DNA of 64,000 bases from NCBI GenBank assembly GCA_016931155.1, contig JAFGFJ010000006.1, positions 472,652 through 536,651 on the forward strand, in the 5' to 3' direction. A program made the translations under genes and the position numbers. Position 1 is the stretch's first letter; each line of letters begins with the position of its first letter. Source of the DNA: Candidatus Dojkabacteria bacterium. GTDB taxonomy: Bacteria; Patescibacteriota; Dojkabacteria; B142; JAFGFJ01. The notes under the pieces were generated by a model. The model was given only the letters and a program-made list of their open reading frames with translations. It did not search any database and was not told where the DNA came from. Positions 39,286 through 49,282 of the stretch are shown here, piece after piece.

Positions 39286-40683
39286 TCACTGAGCTGAAAT
39301 GCTTTCGATAGTTTTTTCAATCATACCCCTAAAGCCGTGTGAGCCTGTGAACAGAATAATCCTTTTCCCCTTGATTTTTATCAGATGATCGATAAGTTCA
39401 TTATCAATCGGGAAATAATTTACCTTGTTATGTGTTTTTGAAATAACTTCAGAAAGTTCTTTTCCTCCAAGCCGGAAAAGTCTGTCTCTCGTTTTGGTGG
39501 TTGAAAGTCTAGGAATTATAACTTCTGTTGCATTCTTGAAAACACTATTGTACAGCGGGATAGCCTCTTTCGTTCTGTTTCCTGCATTTGGCTCGAAAAC
39601 TACTACTATTTTGTGTTTTGGATATTCTTCCTTAACTGCACTCAAAGACCCTCTGGCCTTTGAAGGTGTGCTTCCAAAGTCGTCAATCACCATGCAGTCA
39701 TTTATGTTCATCCTGACTTCAAGTCTTCTCTTGATTCCGCTGAAAGTTTCTATTCCATCTTTTATTGCTTCTGCCGGTATGTCAAGATTTCTAGCGAGAG
39801 TAGCAGCTCCGGTTATATTTATTTTATTGTGTTTTCCTATTAGCTTTGTCTTATACGAAAAGTCTTTTTCATTATATTCGTAAAAAATTACTTTTGCTTT
39901 TGCGTTTTCAACTACTTCTTCGATATTTTCTCCTTCTTTACTGGCTACTATTAGGCCATCCTGGGGGACTGACTCGACAAGTTTTTTAAAATTATCAACG
40001 TATGCCTTCTTTGTAGGAAATATATCCGTATGGTCATGCTCTGCAGAAGTAATGACTAAGTACTTCGGGTGGTAATGGAAAAATTTGGATGTTTGGTCGT
40101 AGCATGAAGTTATATATTCATCGCCCTCTGTTATACTCCATTCAGTTGTTTTGTCTTTTAGTTTTATTCCATCTTTTATATTGTTCGCTAATGCCCCAAT
40201 CATATAACTGATTTTCTTGTTTGCTTTATGAAAAATATTTACGAGAAGGGCTGTAATGGTTGTTTTCCCATATGTACCAGTAATAACAATAGAATTTTTG
40301 TCTACAATTTGATGTTTTTCCAGTACTTCAGGGTATGATTTCACGGTGAGTTTTTTCTTTTTGGCAAATAATAGCTCAGGATTTTTTGATGAAATAGAAG
40401 CACCGATTATCACTAAGGTTGGAAAGTCAGGAAGTCCAGACCTTATTCCCTTGCTATATTTTTTTCTGTAATAAGCTCTTGTAAGGTGTTCTTTTCTGAA
40501 TCCTACCTCTACAGTGATAGCTTTTTCTATCAAATAAGTACTCATTGGTGGGTAAAAGGCTTTGTCAGAACCAGTTATGAACCATCCATTTTCCTTAAAT
40601 GCGTTTGCCATTGGAGCCATTGTGACGCCAGAAATGCCTATCAAATGTACCCAATTTACTTTTTCCTTACAGGATCTTTTCAT
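39286..40683 (-). CDS. Mur ligase of the MurC/Mpl family (Mpl-like YPPMST motif)
   Basis: HLIGISGVTMAPMANAF...GSDKAFYPPMST, P-loop TGTYGKTT, SAEHDHTD. Confidence 0.85.
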   Translation of the reverse strand: MKRSCKEKVNWVHLIGISGVTMAPMANAFKENGWFITGSDKAFYPPMSTYLIEKAITVEVGFRKEHLTRAYYRKKYSKGIRSGLPDFPTLVIIGASISSKNPELLFAKKKKLTVKSYPEVLEKHQIVDKNSIVITGTYGKTTITALLVNIFHKANKKISYMIGALANNIKDGIKLKDKTTEWSITEGDEYITSCYDQTSKFFHYHPKYLVITSAEHDHTDIFPTKKAYVDNFKKLVESVPQDGLIVASKEGENIEEVVENAKAKVIFYEYNEKDFSYKTKLIGKHNKINITGAATLARNLDIPAEAIKDGIETFSGIKRRLEVRMNINDCMVIDDFGSTPSKARGSLSAVKEEYPKHKIVVVFEPNAGNRTKEAIPLYNSVFKNATEVIIPRLSTTKTRDRLFRLGGKELSEVISKTHNKVNYFPIDNELIDHLIKIKGKRIILFTGSHGFRGMIEKTIESISAQ

Positions 40684-40836
40684 TTGCTAAATTCTATTCG
40701 AAAAGGGGTTCAAATACAAACCTTCTCCTGAACAAAAATGTTGAACAAACTGGTTAATTTGCCTTTTCAATTCTGGAATTTGCACAAATTGCTAAAATCT
40801 TGACACCCCAATCTGTTGTTGTTACTCTAGCTATGC

Positions 40837-40852
40837 CACACAAAATGTTGTG
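40837..40852 (+). promoter_or_regulatory. candidate NrdR box ACACAAAATGTTGTGC
   Basis: 13 of 16 positions match the consensus acaCwAtATaTwGtgt, in the 364-bp divergent region upstream of nrdR. Confidence 0.35.
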
Positions 40853-41047
40853 CTTGGCAGAGATTAAGTCTGGGGTAGACTTTTGATTTCAAGTAGTAAT
40901 TTAAGTGTATATGTAGGGATTGTTGTTGCACCTTTAGCCGTTGTTGCTACCTCTTTTTAGTCTCCAGAGTTGAAGATAACCCTTTGTTTAGAAGGTTAGT
41001 TGAGATGCCCCAAAAATTGGAGACTGTTTAATTGATTTTGGAAAAAA

Positions 41048-41512
41048 ATGTTTTGTCCATATTGTCATTTTGAAGATACTAAAGTCGTTGATAAAAGAGA
41101 TAATGATGAAACGGCTGTTACCAGAAGAAGAAGGGAATGTTTGGGCTGTGGGAAAAGGTTTACTACTTATGAGCGTATAGAGACTATTCATCTCAATGTA
41201 GTGAAAAGAAGCGGGAAGATGGAAGAGTTTGACCGGGAGAAACTCAAAAGAGGGATAATGAAAGCAGTAAAGAAAAGACCGATAACTGAAAAACAGATAG
41301 ATGAATTGATTGATGATATTGAATTGAAGCTATTAAACAGGAAAAGCACGGAAATAAAGAGTACAGAGATAGGAAAAATGATCCTGACGAGACTTAAAAA
41401 GCTTGATCAGGTGGGTTATATACTTTTTGCGTCAGTGTACAGGGATTTTAATGAGATAAATGACTTTGAAAGAGTGCTTGAGGAATTGAAAATGCCGAAT
41501 GGGAGTGATTAG
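41048..41512 (+). CDS. nrdR: transcriptional repressor NrdR
   Basis: Zn ribbon MFCPYCHFEDTKVVDKR...CLGCGKRFTTYE followed by an ATP-cone. Confidence 0.9.
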   Translation: MFCPYCHFEDTKVVDKRDNDETAVTRRRRECLGCGKRFTTYERIETIHLNVVKRSGKMEEFDREKLKRGIMKAVKKRPITEKQIDELIDDIELKLLNRKSTEIKSTEIGKMILTRLKKLDQVGYILFASVYRDFNEINDFERVLEELKMPNGSD

Positions 41513-41553
41513 AGGTTTTGTTTGAGTTTTGGGTTTATAAAGCTATTTAACTA

Positions 41554-43350
41554 ATGCCGAAAAACCTTGCCATAAAACCAGAGCTTACTCCAAATGCGCT
41601 CTTCATTGCTGAAAAGAGGTATTTTAAGCTGGGAAAGGACGGGAAACCTGAAGAAAATCCTTCTCAAATGTTTAGACGTGTTTCGAAGTTTATTGCTTCT
41701 GCGGAAAATAAACTCAACGATAAGAAAAAAGGCTACAAGAAACCTGCAGCAAAAAGACTAAAGGAGATAGAGGATTCATTTTATGAGATTCAGTCAAATT
41801 TGGAATTTCTACAAGGAATGACTCTTCTTGATAGAGGAAAAGAAGATCTGGTTGCTGCCTGTTATGTTATGCCAATTAAGGATTCTCTTGAATCGATCTA
41901 TGGTACTCTTGCAAATACTGTTACTTTGCACAGACGGGGAGCGGGAGTAGGTTATGATTTTTCTGAGATCAGACCGGAAGGGACGATTATAAATTCGACC
42001 GGGAAAGAGGCAAGCGGTCCGATTTCATTTATGAGGCTCTATGATTTTTCCTCGGAGGTTATTATGAATCGCGGATCGGTCAGACATGCGGGTCATATGG
42101 GAATTTTGAGAATTGATCACCCTGATATAGAAAAATTTATCACGGCAAAAGAAGATTATACTCAGCTTACAAATTTCAACATTTCCATAGCAATTACGGA
42201 TGAGTTTGTTAAGGCTCTGCGAAAAGGCGGGAAATACAAGCTTGTTCACGATGGGAAGCCTTATGGAGAAGCTAACGCCAGGGAAATGCTTAGAAAAATT
42301 ACAGAAAGTATTCACCGAAGCGGTGAGCCAGGATTTATATTTATTGATGAAGTAAACAGGTTTAATCCTACTCTCAATGTTGGTAAGATGACTGCTACAA
42401 ATCAATGCGGAGAACAGCCGCTTCTGCCGTATGAGGCCTGTAATATAGGATCTATTATTTTGAATAGATTTGTAGTTCCGGAAGGTGATGGTGGTGATAC
42501 AGGAGCAAAGAAGCCGGAGGACAGGATAAATTGGGAACGTCTGGAATATGTAGTAAAAGTTGCTGTCAGATTTTTGGACAACACCATTACAGTTGCAAAT
42601 CACTTACTTCCGGAAATTGAAAAGATTGTTATGTACGGGAATAGAAAGATCGGACTTGGTGTTATGGGCTGGGCTGACCTCCTTTATGAACTAAAACTGC
42701 CATATAACTCAGAAGAAGCTCTGGATTTAGCTGAGGGAGTTATGAAATTTATCGAAAAGACAGGACACGAAGCGTCACAGGAATTGGGTATTGAAAAAGG
42801 CGACTTTGGTAATTTCAAGGGAAGTAGGTGGGATAAGAAAGGCTATAAGCATATGAGAAATGCCACCGTAACTACAATTGCACCAAATGGCACTACGAGT
42901 CTGCTGGCTGAAGTTAGTGGTGGGATTGAACCGGTTTTCGCTCTTGGCTATGTGAGGAAAAACATGGAAACAGTTGGGGAAAATGTGGAAATGCTTTATG
43001 TAAATTCTGGACTGGAAAGAGCACTCAAAGATAAGTGGCTTTATTCGAAAGATTTGATGGCCAAAATTGCGGGGAAGGGAACTCTGGAAGGTTTTACTGA
43101 AATCCCTGATGAGCTTAAAAAGGTGTTTGTAACTTCTTACGATATAAGTTCAGAGTGGCATTTGAGGATGCAGGCCGCATTCCAAAAATACACAGATAAT
43201 GCCGTTTCGAAAACTATTAACCTGCCGGAAAGCGCAAAAATAGAGGATATCGAAAAAGCTTTTATTCTTGCGACCGAACTTCACCTGAAGGGTCTAACTA
43301 TATACAGGGACAAAAGCAGGGACAAGCAAGTACTAAATTTGAATAAATGA
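41554..43350 (+). CDS. nrdJ: class II (adenosylcobalamin-dependent) ribonucleotide reductase catalytic core, short form without C-terminal redox tail
   Basis: AACYVMP (C225 equivalent), [17 protein letters not shown] (thiyl Cys, Glu, C462 equivalent), TIAPNGTTS finger loop; 598 aa. Confidence 0.9.
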   Translation: MPKNLAIKPELTPNALFIAEKRYFKLGKDGKPEENPSQMFRRVSKFIASAENKLNDKKKGYKKPAAKRLKEIEDSFYEIQSNLEFLQGMTLLDRGKEDLVAACYVMPIKDSLESIYGTLANTVTLHRRGAGVGYDFSEIRPEGTIINSTGKEASGPISFMRLYDFSSEVIMNRGSVRHAGHMGILRIDHPDIEKFITAKEDYTQLTNFNISIAITDEFVKALRKGGKYKLVHDGKPYGEANAREMLRKITESIHRSGEPGFIFIDEVNRFNPTLNVGKMTATNQCGEQPLLPYEACNIGSIILNRFVVPEGDGGDTGAKKPEDRINWERLEYVVKVAVRFLDNTITVANHLLPEIEKIVMYGNRKIGLGVMGWADLLYELKLPYNSEEALDLAEGVMKFIEKTGHEASQELGIEKGDFGNFKGSRWDKKGYKHMRNATVTTIAPNGTTSLLAEVSGGIEPVFALGYVRKNMETVGENVEMLYVNSGLERALKDKWLYSKDLMAKIAGKGTLEGFTEIPDELKKVFVTSYDISSEWHLRMQAAFQKYTDNAVSKTINLPESAKIEDIEKAFILATELHLKGLTIYRDKSRDKQVLNLNK

Positions 43351-43508
43351 ATAAATTTGAAAAAAGAACAATAATTATAGATTCGAGAGGGAATAAGGCA
43401 AATCTTTATGCTTCCGCTTACAGCGAGCAAGAAGCGAATAGAGCCATGGGTATGCTCGTCGATGAGATGTTTATTGATATGAGTATTGAAAATGGAAACA
43501 AAAGATAA
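43347..43508 (+). CDS. 53-aa ORF translationally coupled (ATGA overlap) to the first nrdJ stop
   Basis: MNKFEKRTIIIDSRGNKANLYASAYSEQEANRAMGMLVDEMFIDMSIENGNKR; below the 60-aa track cutoff, found by manual translation. Confidence 0.3.
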   Translation: MNKFEKRTIIIDSRGNKANLYASAYSEQEANRAMGMLVDEMFIDMSIENGNKR

Positions 43509-43568
43509 AGCAAAATTTTACATTGTGTTTACCAGAGTTTGTTGTTTATTTAATTTGCAGGAACAAAT

Positions 43569-46500
43569 ATGAGAAAAGGAGGAAAAACATCTTCAGTAGA
43601 TGATAAACTCCCCGCAGTTTACACTGAAGGCTCGGTTCAGCTTCTGAGAAAAAGATTTCTTAAGACCGATGATGAAGGTATACCAATAGAAACCCCTGGA
43701 GATATGTTTGCTAGAGTTGCTGAAGGTGTTGCAAAAGGGGATCTGGTCTTTAATAAGGGCAAGAAGGAAGCCAAGAAAACAGAGGCAGAGTTTTTTGACA
43801 TGATTTACAATCTTCGCTTCATACCCAATTCTCCAACTCTTCTGAATGTCGGGAGAAACAACAAAAACTTTGCGGCCTGTTTTGTACTGCCTATAGCGGA
43901 TTCTCTCTCTGAAATTTATTCGACTCTAAATGAAGCAGTTAATGTTCAGTGGAAAGGCGGGGGAACGGGTTTTAATTTTTCGCCAATAAGACCGAAAGGC
44001 GACATGGCAGGAGGGATTCCAGATGTTGCGGCAGGACCTATTCACTACATAAAGACCTTCTCGACAGCGATGATGGGTGTGAGGCAGTCCGGTAAAAGGG
44101 GAGGCGGAAATATGGCAATACTCAATGTGGATCATCCGGATATTTTGGAGTTTATACATCTCAAAGAGCAGGACAGAACGATAATGAATTTCAATATTTC
44201 TGTTGGAATTACCAATATATTTATGAAAGCTCTTCAGGAGGATACTACATATGATCTGGTAAATCCTCGAAATAATGAGGTTGCCGGGCAGTTGAGTGCA
44301 CGACAGGTATTTGACGAAATTGTTCAGCTTGCTCACAAGACAGGTGATCCCGGTCTTGCTTTCATAGATAATATTGAAGCTGACAACAAAACTCCACTTG
44401 TAGGGAAGATGGATGCTACAAACCCTTGCGGCGAACAGCCTCTTCTTCCTTATGAGTCGTGTAATCTTGGGGCAGTAAACCTCAGGGTAATGTTTGATCA
44501 GAAGAAGAACATACTTAACTGGGATCTTCTTAAAAAAACAATTCATACAGGTGTTCATTTTCTGGATAATATTGTTGAAATAAACAATTATCCGCTGGAA
44601 AAAATAGAGAAAGTTACAAAGCATACAAACAGAAAGATTGGTTTGGGACTAATGGGATTTGCTGACCTGCTTATGATGATGGAGATTCCCTATAACTCTG
44701 AAAAAGCCTATAAATTTGCTGAAAAATTGATAAAATTTATTGAAGATGAAGCAATTAAGGAGTCGATCAGGCTTGCGAAAAAGCGTGGAGTTTTTCCAGC
44801 ATACAGTGGAAGTGTATGGGAGAAAAGGAAGCTCCCTGTAAGAAATGCTACTCTCACAACAATTGCTCCAAACGGTAACACAAGTCTTATTGGGGGGTCT
44901 GTTGGGGGTATTGAGCCATCATATGCTCTTGCATACAAAGTAGGAGGTGTTGAGGATAGAAGCTACAGAGCTACAGAGGTTATATTCAACGTATCGGAAG
45001 GGTTCAAGCATCTTGCTAAAAAACACGGATTTTACAAACCTGAGGTAATTGAAAAAATAGTTAATGGAGTGCCTGTTTCTGCTATTAAAGAAATTCCGGA
45101 AGGTGTTAAAAAAGTGCTTGTAACGGCTCTTGATATCTCACCGATGGATCACTTAAAAATGCAGGCAGCTTTTCAGAAGAATGTTGATAATGCAATTTCC
45201 AAGACAATAAATTTTCCGAATGATTCAACTCCGATGGATATAAAGAAAGTCTACATTGAAGCGTACAGGCTTGGTCTTAAGGGTGTAACAATTTATCGGG
45301 ATGGGAGCAAAAGCGGGCAGACACTCGTTTCGAGCGACAACAAAGGAAAATTGAATGTGGAAGGGACAGGTGGAGAAAAATCCGGCAACGAATCAGATGG
45401 GATGAAAATGGAACCTGCTCCTATTCTTACGTCAAATGCACTTCAGGTTCTTGAGAAAAGAGCTTTAAAGAAAAGCGAAAATGGAGAAATAATTGAAACT
45501 CCCGAGGAGCTTTGGAGAAGAATCGCAAAACATGTTGCGAAAGCTGAGAAGAAGGATAAGCAAAAAGAATGGGAAGGGAATTTTTTTACGGTTTTTAATT
45601 CTGCTGAATTTTTAAGCGGGGGTGCGCTGATTTATGCTGGTCTCGGGGAACGTGCGATTCTTTCGAAATGTCTTGTTCTACCTGTTGACGACTCGATAGG
45701 TAGTATTTTCGAGAGTCTTAATATGAATATTGAAATGCTTAAACGAGGTGTTGGTACAGGGTTTAATTTTTCAAAGATCAGGTCATCTTATGCTGTTGTG
45801 AAAACGACTGGAGAGCATGCAGCAGGACCTATTAAATATCTGAAACTCTATGATAGTGCACAAGACACTCTTACCGGTCGTGGTGGTAGAGGGCTTGGCT
45901 CGATGGCGATACTTAATGTGGATCACCCCAATATTGAGGAGTTTGTAAATTTGAAGGACGATCTAAGTGCGATCCATCATTACAATATTTCTGTTGGTGT
46001 GAGCGACAAATTTATGAAAGCGGTTAAAAGTAATGCAAAGTGGGATCTGGTAGATCCACATGATGGGAATGTTTATAAAACGATTAAGGCAAAGGAGCTT
46101 TTTAATTCGATAGCAAAGCATGCGTGGTTGAGTGGTGATCCTGGAATCTTTTTCCTGGATACAGCTGAAAAGGGGAATACAACTCCTGCTCTTGGAAAGA
46201 TGGATGCTACAAATCCTTGCGGTGAGCAACCCCTTATCCCCTATGAAACCTGTAATCTCGGCAATATTGATATTTCAAAAATGATAAAGGGAAATCCATA
46301 TGCACTGGATCCAGACCTTTTGGATGCTCCTTTCAAGGAGAAGATGAGATTTGTGAATTGGGAAAGACTGGCAGAGGTTACACGTATTGGAGTGAGATAC
46401 CTTGACGATATTATTGATGTAAACACTTATCCTATAAAGGAGATTGAGGTGATGACTAAAAAGACTAGAAATGTAGGGTTGGGAATAATGGGGCTTGCTG

Positions 46501-47933
46501 ACTTCTTCATAAAACTTGGTATCCCATACGAAAGTGATGAAGCAGTAAAGGCATCAGAAGAGGTAATGAAATTTATTCAAAGTGAGGCACATAAATATTC
46601 TGAAGCTTTGGGGAAAGAGAAGGGAAATTTCCCGGCTTTTAAAGATAGCACATGGAGGAAGAAAGGAAAGAAATACATGAGAAATACAAGGACAACGACT
46701 ATTGCTCCAACAGGTACAATTGCAATTGTTGCAAACTGTAATCCGGGGATTGAGCCTGTATTTGCTCTTGGATATCGAAGAAAGAACTCGATGGGGGGGA
46801 CGGATCAGTTGGTGATTGAACCTTTGTTTATTGAGGTTGCAATGCAAAGAGGTTTTTACTCAGATGAACTTATTAATGATATAGCAGACGGAAAACACTT
46901 AAGTGAAATTAAAGAAAAATATAATATTCCTGATGATGTGGTTAAGGTTTTTGTCACGACTCATGAAATAGATCCAAAGCGGCATGTACATATCCAATCG
47001 GCTTTCCAGAAATACGTTGATAGTGCTGTTTCAAAAACTATCAATTTGCCAAACTCTGCAACTCCTGAGGACATAGAAAGGGTTTATGCACTTGCATATG
47101 ATCTCGGCTGTAAGGGAATTACTGTATTTAGAGATGGAAGTAAAGATCCGGCTCTCCAGGTGGGGGTTGGTGTAAGAGATAATTCAGCTTCTGACTTTCC
47201 AGCAGATAGGCAAAGTGGCGAACAGTCTGGTAAACAGGATGGCACAAGAGAGACCTTTGAGCCAAGGGATCGCGCAATGGTAACAAGAGGTACTACTACT
47301 AAACTCAAGACAGAACAGGGAAGCCTTTTCGTGACTATAAATGAGGATGAAAAAGGAATTGTGGAGGTGTTTCTGGTGCTTGGAAAGAGCGGAAGCTTTA
47401 CTACAGGTTATACAGAGGCTATTGGAAGACTTGTCTCTATGTCTCTGAGAAGTGGTATAAAGGTGGAGAATATAATTGAACAGTTAAAAGGAATAAGAAC
47501 TTCCATGCCTACAATGAACAAAGGTATGATAATTTACTCTGTACCTGATGCTGTTGCCAAAGTGCTTGAGCAGTATGTTGAGAATAAGAAAGGGCAGGTG
47601 GAAATGTTTGAAGCTCAGCCTGCATCTGTAGCTGATGTAAAAGATGCGCCGGAATCCAGCTCTGTAAAATCTGTCCCTGAATCTCCCGAGACGGAAACAG
47701 AAGAGGAGGAGAAGTCAGAAGATGAGGAGAAAAATGAACGACCCGCTAAAGAAATCACACCGAAGCTTGACGCAAAAATCAGTGACAAGGAATCAAACCA
47801 TGTTGACGGTAAGTTCTATAGCAAAAATAATGTAATGGGTGATTTACTGGAGTGTCCGGAATGTGGTGGAGATCTGGAATATGCAGAAGGGTGTATTCTA
47901 TGTAGAAGTTGTGGGTATAGTAAATGCGGATAA
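43569..47933 (+). CDS. nrdJ: giant class II ribonucleotide reductase: two complete NrdJ catalytic cores fused in tandem, plus one C-terminal tail domain and a terminal CxxC...CxxC zinc ribbon
   Basis: Core A (~43569-45350): [33 protein letters not shown]. Core B (~45402-47150): [33 protein letters not shown]. Then [24 protein letters not shown] tail and ECPECGG...[13 protein letters not shown]. Cores are ~45-50% identical to each other and to the upstream nrdJ. Confidence 0.9.
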   Translation: MRKGGKTSSVDDKLPAVYTEGSVQLLRKRFLKTDDEGIPIETPGDMFARVAEGVAKGDLVFNKGKKEAKKTEAEFFDMIYNLRFIPNSPTLLNVGRNNKNFAACFVLPIADSLSEIYSTLNEAVNVQWKGGGTGFNFSPIRPKGDMAGGIPDVAAGPIHYIKTFSTAMMGVRQSGKRGGGNMAILNVDHPDILEFIHLKEQDRTIMNFNISVGITNIFMKALQEDTTYDLVNPRNNEVAGQLSARQVFDEIVQLAHKTGDPGLAFIDNIEADNKTPLVGKMDATNPCGEQPLLPYESCNLGAVNLRVMFDQKKNILNWDLLKKTIHTGVHFLDNIVEINNYPLEKIEKVTKHTNRKIGLGLMGFADLLMMMEIPYNSEKAYKFAEKLIKFIEDEAIKESIRLAKKRGVFPAYSGSVWEKRKLPVRNATLTTIAPNGNTSLIGGSVGGIEPSYALAYKVGGVEDRSYRATEVIFNVSEGFKHLAKKHGFYKPEVIEKIVNGVPVSAIKEIPEGVKKVLVTALDISPMDHLKMQAAFQKNVDNAISKTINFPNDSTPMDIKKVYIEAYRLGLKGVTIYRDGSKSGQTLVSSDNKGKLNVEGTGGEKSGNESDGMKMEPAPILTSNALQVLEKRALKKSENGEIIETPEELWRRIAKHVAKAEKKDKQKEWEGNFFTVFNSAEFLSGGALIYAGLGERAILSKCLVLPVDDSIGSIFESLNMNIEMLKRGVGTGFNFSKIRSSYAVVKTTGEHAAGPIKYLKLYDSAQDTLTGRGGRGLGSMAILNVDHPNIEEFVNLKDDLSAIHHYNISVGVSDKFMKAVKSNAKWDLVDPHDGNVYKTIKAKELFNSIAKHAWLSGDPGIFFLDTAEKGNTTPALGKMDATNPCGEQPLIPYETCNLGNIDISKMIKGNPYALDPDLLDAPFKEKMRFVNWERLAEVTRIGVRYLDDIIDVNTYPIKEIEVMTKKTRNVGLGIMGLADFFIKLGIPYESDEAVKASEEVMKFIQSEAHKYSEALGKEKGNFPAFKDSTWRKKGKKYMRNTRTTTIAPTGTIAIVANCNPGIEPVFALGYRRKNSMGGTDQLVIEPLFIEVAMQRGFYSDELINDIADGKHLSEIKEKYNIPDDVVKVFVTTHEIDPKRHVHIQSAFQKYVDSAVSKTINLPNSATPEDIERVYALAYDLGCKGITVFRDGSKDPALQVGVGVRDNSASDFPADRQSGEQSGKQDGTRETFEPRDRAMVTRGTTTKLKTEQGSLFVTINEDEKGIVEVFLVLGKSGSFTTGYTEAIGRLVSMSLRSGIKVENIIEQLKGIRTSMPTMNKGMIIYSVPDAVAKVLEQYVENKKGQVEMFEAQPASVADVKDAPESSSVKSVPESPETETEEEEKSEDEEKNERPAKEITPKLDAKISDKESNHVDGKFYSKNNVMGDLLECPECGGDLEYAEGCILCRSCGYSKCG

Positions 47934-47973
47934 ACATAGAAACAACGTTAATTTGAAGATGAGGGTTACTTTT

Positions 47974-48672
47974 TCAAATATTTCCTGTAAGACTCCTGAT
48001 CATATACCAGATCTGACCATTTACAAGAGTCCAGGCAAGCATTGGTCCGTATATATTGCTGCTTTTCTTGTAAATTACTCCCAGTATGGCAAAGATAAAC
48101 CCTGTGTAGAGTGAATTAAACAAGTCGGTAGTTAAAATGTGTGTAACAATAAACAAAATAGTTGTGATTATAAGACCAATATAATGATTGTTTGCCTTAT
48201 AAAAAATTTTGTCAGTTTTTTCAACAAGCCAGAAGAAGAAAAAAACCTCGAGCGGACCCCATGCAAACACTGCAAGTGGTAGAAAAAAAATGTTTAATGG
48301 AAAGCCGACACTAAAGCTCTCTCTTGTATCACTCATAATAGTGCCATTTTTTAGGTAACCAAAGAGAGAAAAAACTAGAACAAACATAAGTGAGTAGAAT
48401 AGAGATTTCTTAATTCCTTTTGAATTGAAACCCAGCAATGCTAATTTCGTTTTCTCAGCAAAAGTATAAATCAGTGGAACAAGTCCCACAGACACGATCT
48501 CCACAATACTTAAAATATATGGTTTTTCATTAAACAAATTTCCCGCAGCATCACGTGATAAAGGGGTGCCAGTCAATACAACTATCAGCAGGATTGTGAC
48601 AATAGCTCCAACTAGAAACCAAACCCACGTGAATATGACTTGAAATTTTGGATTGTAAAGAAGTCTATGCAT
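47974..48672 (-). CDS. CPBP (CAAX protease/Abi-like) family intramembrane protease
   Basis: Polytopic protein with FVTHIL and WTLVNG motif-like segments characteristic of the CPBP family. Confidence 0.5.
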   Translation of the reverse strand: MHRLLYNPKFQVIFTWVWFLVGAIVTILLIVVLTGTPLSRDAAGNLFNEKPYILSIVEIVSVGLVPLIYTFAEKTKLALLGFNSKGIKKSLFYSLMFVLVFSLFGYLKNGTIMSDTRESFSVGFPLNIFFLPLAVFAWGPLEVFFFFWLVEKTDKIFYKANNHYIGLIITTILFIVTHILTTDLFNSLYTGFIFAILGVIYKKSSNIYGPMLAWTLVNGQIWYMIRSLTGNI

Positions 48673-48759
48673 TATTATTTGTTCCCGAAAAGTATCTCAC
48701 TTCAGGATATTTCTGTAAATAAATAGTACTTGTATGTTTTTCTTGACATTCCTTCATGA

Positions 48760-48802
48760 TTTCGGTATTCTTTCGGTATAATATTTCGGTTAAGTTTCAG
48801 TA
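48760..48802 (+). promoter_or_regulatory. Three to four phased TTTCGGTA-type repeats overlapping a TATAAT box and the start codon of the lexA-operon first gene
   Basis: tttcggtattc tttcggtataatat ttcggttaagtttcagtATG read directly. Confidence 0.35.
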
Positions 48803-49266
48803 TGGATTTAGTTGCACTTCAAAAATTTCTTTACGAATCTACTTCGGAAATATATGCGAACCCTGAGGTTAGAATAATTGAGGAAAAGGATGGCTCGCAT
48901 ACGATAGTGTGTATAAATGGAAGCTTCACTCTTCATGACAATTATTTCGGAGGAGAGCCTTTCGGAGGTAGAGAAGTAATTTTTGAAAATAATAAGCCTG
49001 TATGGATGATGGTCTATTATGGTTCGGTTACGAATCGTTTTAAAAAGCTTGGGTCAGTTTACTCATTTCTGAAAGAAGCTCTTCGGAACAATACTAAGAA
49101 TATGCCATATAGGGGACCTAAGAAATACAAAAAAGATGAGTGGCTTTATAAAAACGAACTTAAGGGAGATATGAAGTCTTTCATCGGAGAAGAGAAAATA
49201 TTTTATAAGGATAAGATGGTTTATTCTGCAAATTATCAAGGAGGTCTGATAAATAATAATGAATAA
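48802..49266 (+). CDS. hypothetical protein, first gene of a probable two-gene operon with lexA
   Basis: 154-aa ORF ending 16 bp before lexA. Confidence 0.5.
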   Translation: MDLVALQKFLYESTSEIYANPEVRIIEEKDGSHTIVCINGSFTLHDNYFGGEPFGGREVIFENNKPVWMMVYYGSVTNRFKKLGSVYSFLKEALRNNTKNMPYRGPKKYKKDEWLYKNELKGDMKSFIGEEKIFYKDKMVYSANYQGGLINNNE

Positions 49267-49282
49267 TTTTTAATCAATTTAT

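Noticed and set aside
43926-44624. 232-aa minus-strand ORF (and similar antisense ORFs at 42025..42603, 1916..2344, 23032..24413, 25693..27276, 10304..10579)
   Set aside because: All lie antisense within well-supported conserved genes (nrdJ, hisS, mfd, mutS, aspS) and have low-complexity, Cys/Phe/Ile-rich translations typical of AT-rich antisense frames.
43569-47933. Possibility that the giant RNR gene is long because of inteins (common in RNRs)
   Set aside because: The extra ~600 aa is a second complete RNR core with its own catalytic Cys triad. No intein N-terminal Cys/Ser + HNH/LAGLIDADG + terminal His-Asn blocks are visible.
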